A DNA stretch of 64,000 nucleotides from Eledone cirrhosa. Lineage: Eukaryota. The stretch lies in assembly GCA_964016885.1 (NCBI GenBank), contig CAXHJY010000322.1:133029-197028 (forward strand). Reading direction: 5' to 3'. Position 1 is the stretch's first letter; each line of letters opens with the position of its first letter. The notes beneath the pieces are model-generated. The model worked only from the letters and a program-made list of their open reading frames with translations, did no database searches and was not told where the DNA came from. The position numbers and the translations under genes were made by a program. Below are positions 55,386-64,000 of this stretch, piece by piece.

Positions 55386-55576
55386 GGAACCAGTAAGACC
55401 CCGACAGCTGAGCTCAAGCCGTTTCGACGGCTAATTCTGGACAGAATTAGCCGTCGAAACGGCTTGAGCTCAGCTGTCGGGGTCTTACTGGTTCCTATTA
55501 CCCACTCTACTACCTCAAGTATTGAGTACTTTGGTGCGTTATGGTCCACCTGGTTCCTTACCACATTTCCTTCGTT
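55386..55576 (+). mobile_element. Penelope-like fold-back fragment with the 3' half of a type I hammerhead
   Basis: Perfect 57-bp inverted arms. The right arm reads GAC..GTC-GAAA-CGGCT(TGAGCTC)AGCTG-TC-GGGGTC. Inserted in (TA)n and absent from the other duplicate. Confidence 0.65.
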
Positions 55577-56321
55577 ATATATATATATATATATATACAC
55601 CCTATATATATATACACCCTATATATATATACAGACCCTATATATATATATACACCCTATATATATATACACACCCCATATATATATACACCCTATATAT
55701 ATAGATACACCCTATATATATATATATATACACCCTATATATATATATCCACATCCTATATATATAAATATACATATAGATATATACACCCTATATATAT
55801 ATACACACCCTATATATATATATATATACACCCTATATTTATATATATATACACCTATATATATATATATATACACCTATATATATATATATACACACCC
55901 TATATATATATACACACCCTATATATATATACACCCTATAAATATTATATATACCCTATATATATATATATATATATGTATACACCCTATATATATATAT
56001 ATACACCCTATATATATATATATACACCTATATATAGATATATATACACACTTATATATATATATATATTATACACCCTATATATATATATACACCCTAA
56101 ATATATATATATACCCTATATATATATATATACACACCCTATATATATATACACCCTATATATATATATATATATATATATACATCCTCTATATATATAT
56201 ATACACGCCCTATATATATATATATATATACACCCTATATATATATATTAACACACCCTATATATATATATACTCCCTATATATATATATATATATATAC
56301 ACACCGTATATATATGTTTAC

Positions 56322-56385
<64 letters not shown>

Positions 56386-57413
56386 CTATATATATTATAT
56401 ATACACACACCCTATATATATATATACATCCTATAGACATATATATAAACCCTATATGTATATATATATACACCCTATATATATATACACACCCTATATA
56501 TATATATATATATATACGCATATATATATATATATATATATATACACCCTATATATATATGCACCCTATATATATATATATACACCCTAGTATATATAAA
56601 TATACACCCTATATATATTAATTATACACACACTATATATATATATATATATACATTATATATATATATATATACACCCTATATATATATATATACACCC
56701 TATATATATATATACACACCCTATATATATATATATATATATACACCCTATATATATATATACACCTATATATATATACACACCCTATATATATATACAC
56801 ACCCTATATATATATATATACACCCCTATACATATTATATACACCCCACATATATATATATATATATACACGCTATATATATATATATATATACACCCTA
56901 TATATATATACACACCCTATATATTTATTGCACACATATATATATATATATACACCCTATATATATATATATACACACCCTATATATATATACATACACC
57001 CTATATATATATATATATATACACACCCTATATATATATATATACAGACGCTATATATATATACACACCCTATATATATACACACCCTATATATATACAC
57101 CCTATATATATATATATTACACCCTATATATATATATATACACCCAATATATATATATATATACACACCCTATATATATATATATACACCCTATATATAT
57201 ATATATACACCCCTATATATATATATACACACCCTATATGTATATATATACAAACCATATATATATATATATACACACCCTATATATATATATACACACC
57301 CCTATATATATATATATATATATACACCCTATATATATATATACACCCAATATATATATACACACCCTATATATATATATATACACACACTATATATATA
57401 TATATATATACAA

Positions 57414-57450
<37 letters not shown>

Positions 57451-58241
57451 CCTATATATATATATATATACACCCTATATATATATATACACCCTATATA
57501 TATATACACACACACTATATATATATATATATATACACCCTATATATATATATTCACCCTATATATATATATATATATACACGCCATATATATATATACA
57601 TACCCTATATTTATATATATACACACCCTATATATATATATATATATATATACACCCTATATATATATATATATATATAGATACACCCTATATATATATA
57701 CACACACCCTATATATATATACACCCTATAAATATTATATATACCTATATATATATATATATATATGTATACACCCTATATATATATATACACCCTATAT
57801 ATATATATATATACACCTATATATATATATATATATACACCTATATATATAATATATACACCCTATATATATATACACCCTAAATATATATATATTACCA
57901 CTATATATATATATACACACCCTATATATATATATACACCCTATATATATATATACATCCTCTATATATATTTATACACACCCTATATATATATATATAT
58001 ACACCCTATATATATATATATATACACCCTATATATATATATTATCAAACCCTATATATATATATACCCCTATATATATATATACACACCGTATATATAT
58101 ATATACACCCTATATATATATACACACCCTATATATAATATATATATACACATATATATACACCTATATATATACACCCTATATACATATATATTTACAC
58201 ACCCTATATATATATATACACAACCTATATATTATACATAC

Positions 58242-58276
<35 letters not shown>

Positions 58277-59116
58277 CCTACATATATATATCTACACATC
58301 CTATATATATATATATACACCCTATAGACATATATATACACCCCTATATATATATATATACACCCTATATATATATATACGCACCCTATATATATATATA
58401 TATATACACCCTATATATATAATATACACCCTATATATATATATACACACTCTCTCTCTATATATATACACCCATATTTATATATATATACACCCTATAT
58501 ATATATAACCACCCTATTATATATATATATATACACCCTATATATATATATATGTATACACCCTATATATATATGCAACCTATATATATATATACACCCA
58601 ATATATATATATATATACACGCTATATATATAATTATACACACCCTATATATATATACACTGTATATATTATATATACACCCTATATATATATACACACC
58701 CTATATATATATTCACACCCTATATATATATACACACCCTATATATATATTATATATATACAGACGCTATATATATATACACACCCTATATATATATACA
58801 CACCCTATAAATATATATATGCACCTATATATATATATATATACACCCTATATATATATATACACACCCTATATATATATATACACCCTATATATATATA
58901 TATACACACCCTACATATATATATATATACACCCTATATATATACACACCCTATATATAAATATATACAGAACCTATAGATATATATATACACACACTAT
59001 ATATATAAACATACACCCTATATATATGTACACCCTATAAATATATATATACACCCTATATATATATAAATATATATATATACACCCTATAAATATATAT
59101 ATATATATATATATAC

Positions 59117-59181
<65 letters not shown>

Positions 59182-59231
59182 ACACTATAATATATTTATA
59201 TATATATATATATTATTTATATATATATATA

Positions 59232-59283
<52 letters not shown>

Positions 59284-59342
59284 TATATATATATATTATA
59301 TATATATATACACCATATATATATATATATATATATATACAT

Positions 59343-59378
<36 letters not shown>

Positions 59379-59406
59379 AGTATGTATGTATACAGACGTA
59401 CAGTAG

Positions 59407-59477
<71 letters not shown>

Positions 59478-59725
59478 TTACAGGCACACATATATATATG
59501 CACGTATAAGTTTACCGAACATTTATTATAATGTTCGCTTTGTTCGTTTGTAAACAAACGAACAGCCTGATTTACGCCGTACAGTGTTTAGGCAACCACG
59601 TCACCTCTTTGTTCAACGCTGACACGGGAACGATGTACTAGGTTCAAGCTTGTTAGCTATCGTCAGCACCGTATACCTTCTGCCGTACTAAGAGTGAGAA
59701 ATGAAATTTTGTTTCATTCTATAAC

Positions 59726-59765
<40 letters not shown>

Positions 59766-60264
59766 CCTATATATATATATATATACCCCCGATATATATA
59801 TATTATAGACCCTATATATATATATATACACACCCTATATATATATATACACCCTATATATATATACACCCTATATATATATATACACCCTATATATATA
59901 TACACCCTATATATATATATAAACCCTATATATATATATATATACACACCCTATATATATATAAACACCCTATATATATATATATAATCTATATATAGTA
60001 TATATATATATATATACCCTATATATATATATATAAACCCTATATATATATATACACCGTATATAGATATATATATACACCCTATATATATATATACACC
60101 CTATATTAATACACCCTAATATAAATATATATACACACCCTATATATATATATATATATACACACCCTATATATATATATATATACACCCTATAAATATA
60201 TATACACACCCTATATATATATATATATACACACCTTATATATATATATATATATATATATACA

Positions 60265-60298
<34 letters not shown>

Positions 60299-61125
60299 CG
60301 TATATATATATTTATATACACCCTATATATATATACATACACACCTTATATTTATATATACACACCCTATATATATATATATATACACCCTACATATATA
60401 TATATGTATACTGACCATATATATATATATATATACACCCTATATATATATATATATATATACACCTATATATATATATATATATATATATACACCTATA
60501 TATATATACACCCTATATATATATATACACCCTAAATATATATATATACCCTATATATATATATACACACCCTATATATATATATACACCCTATATATAT
60601 ATATACATCCTCTATATATATTTATACACACCCTATATATATATATATATATATATACACCCTATATATATATATATATACACCCTATATATATATATTA
60701 TCAAACCCTATATAAAATATATACCCCTATATATATATATATACACACCGTATATATATATATATACACCCTATATATATATACACACTCTATATATATA
60801 TATATACACACCCTACTATATATATATATATATATATACACCCTATATATATACACCCTATATAATATATATATACACACCCTATATATATATATATACA
60901 CACAACCTATATATATATATATATACACCCTATATATATATATACACCCTACATATATATATATATACACACCCTATATATATATATATACACTCTATAG
61001 ACATATATATACACCCTATATATATATATATACACCCTATATATATATATATAACGCACCCTATATATATATATACACTCTATATATATATATATATATA
61101 CCCCCCTATAATTATATATATACAC

Positions 61126-61163
<38 letters not shown>

Positions 61164-61218
61164 CTATATATATATAAACCCCTATATATATATACACCCT
61201 AAAAATATACATATATAC

Positions 61219-61263
<45 letters not shown>

Positions 61264-61722
61264 CCTATATATATATATACACCCTATATATATATACACC
61301 CTTATATATATATATATACACACCCTATTTATATATATATACACCCTATATATATATATACACACTCTATATATATATATATATACACCCTATATATATA
61401 TATATACACCCTATATATTTATACCCACCCTATATATATATATATATACACCCTATATATATATATATGTATACACCCTATATATATATGCAACCTTTAT
61501 ATATATATACACCCTATATATATATATATATACACGCTATATATATAATTATACACACCCTATATATATATATATATATATACACTATATATATATATAT
61601 ATACACCCCATATATATATATACACCCCTATATATAATATATACACACCATATATATATATATATATATATATACACCCTATAAATATTATATACACCCC
61701 ATATATATATATATATACAACG

Positions 61723-61765
<43 letters not shown>

Positions 61766-62672
61766 ATAATATATATATATATATACCCTATATATATATA
61801 CACACCCTATATATATATTCACAGCCTATATATATATATACACCCTATATATATACATATACACACTATATATATATACACACCCTATATATATATATAT
61901 ACACCCTATATATAATATATATATACAGACGCGATATATATATACACACCCTATATATATATATACACACCCTATATATATATATACACACCCCTATATA
62001 TATATATATATACACCCTATATATATATATATATATACACCCTATATATATATATATATACACACCTCATATGTATATATATACATACCCTCTATATATA
62101 TATATACACCCTATATATATATACATCCTATAAATATATATATACACCCTATATATATATTTATATATATACACCCTATATATATATATATATACACCCT
62201 ATATATATATATACACCCTAGATATATATAGATACACCCTATATATATATACACACCCTATATATATATACACACCCTATAAATATTATATATACCCTAT
62301 ATATATATATATGTATACACCCTATATATATATATATACACCCTATATATATAAATATATATATACACCTATATATATATATATACTATACACCTATATA
62401 TATATATATATATATACACCCTATATATATATATACACCCTAAATATATATATATACCCTATATTATATATATATATACACACCCTATATATATATACAC
62501 CCTATATATATATATATATACATCCTCTATATATATCTATACACACTCTCTCTCTCTCTCTATATATATATACACCCTATATATATATACTCGCTATATA
62601 TATATATATACACACCGTATTATATATATAACATCCTATATATATATACACACCCTATATATATATATACAG

Positions 62673-62711
<39 letters not shown>

Positions 62712-62923
62712 CCTATATATATACACCCTGTATACATATATATATACACAACCTATATATATATATATACACACCATATATATATATATATACACCCTAT
62801 ATATATATATATATACACCCTATATATATATACACACCCTATATAATATATATACGCACCCTATATATATATATACACCCTATAATATATATATTCCCCT
62901 TATAAATATATATATATAGACCT

Positions 62924-62954
<31 letters not shown>

Positions 62955-63120
62955 CATATATATATACCCTATATATATATAATCCCTATATATATATTAC
63001 ACCCTATAAATATATATATATACACCCTATATATATATATACACCCTATATATATATACACACCCCTATAATATATATACACCCTATATATATATATACA
63101 CACTCTATATATATATATAC

Positions 63121-63169
<49 letters not shown>

Positions 63170-63287
63170 CCTATATATATATACACACCCTATATATATA
63201 TATATACACCCTATATTTATATATATACACCCTATATATATATGCATCCTATATATATATATATACACCCTATATATATATATACAC

Positions 63288-63324
<37 letters not shown>

Positions 63325-64000
63325 CCTATATATATATATACAGACGCTATATATATATACACACCCTATATATATATATACACACCCTATATATATATAT
63401 ATATATACACACCCTATATATATATATATACACCCTATATATATATACACATCCTATATATATATATACACACCCTATATATATATATACACCCTATATA
63501 TATATATATATACGCACCCTATATATATATATACTCACCCTATATATATATATACACACCCTATATGTATATATACACCCTATATATATATATATACGCA
63601 CCCTATATATATATATACACCCTATTTATATATATACACCTAAATATATATATATATATATACCCTAATATATATATATATATACACACCTTACTTATAT
63701 ATATATATACAACTACTATATATATATACACACCTATATATATATATATATACATCCAATATATATATAAATACACACCCTATATATATATATATACACA
63801 CAAACTATATATATATAAAATACACCCTATAGACATATATATACACCCTATATATATATATATACACCCTATATATATATATACACACCCTATATATATA
63901 TATATACACCCTATAAATATATATATATACACCCTATATATATATACACCCTATATATATATATATATACACCCTATAAATATATATATATACACCCTGT

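Larger units (their letters stand above)
51000..63790 (+). repeat. Second copy of a ~13-kb tandem duplication of ~37900-50650
   Basis: Identical 258-aa pseudo-ORF at 38616 and 51632. The islands at 40213, 41325 and 46350 recur at 53188, 54304 and 59375. Confidence 0.92.

Noticed and set aside
55164-56621. 485-aa ORF with a unique internal segment
   Set aside because: The unique segment is the palindromic insertion read through from satellite sequence.

Overview
Eukaryotic, repeat-saturated genomic DNA with no recognisable intact host protein-coding gene. The SINE type and microsatellite load suggest a mollusc, probably an octopus-like cephalopod (inference). 1-28 kb: seven same-orientation Tx1/L1-clade LINE copies or fragments from about 4 subfamilies sit in (TATC)n tracts, and two R4/Dong-like RLE LINE fragments sit in (CATA)n tracts (a third at 30.8 kb). 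This part also has tRNA-type SINEs and a hAT-like MITE swollen by a 32-bp minisatellite. 29-64 kb: TA-rich satellite DNA ((TA)nCACCC) carrying further copies of a ~610-bp bipartite RTE derivative (four in the window), a 4.5-kb 40-bp minisatellite amplified from an RTE zinc-finger coding segment, Penelope-like fold-back fragments, and a ~13-kb tandem duplication that may be an assembly artefact. The most striking signal is a ~105-nt motif present in two divergent versions (29591-29694 and 41564-41666, plus copies). It has six pairings conserved between versions, most with compensatory changes, a kink-turn-like loop and all hammerhead core elements (NUH, GAAA, CUGAUGA) in a non-standard, pseudoknotted order. 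It is a candidate unusual self-cleaving ribozyme within a ~497-bp tandem retro-repeat.
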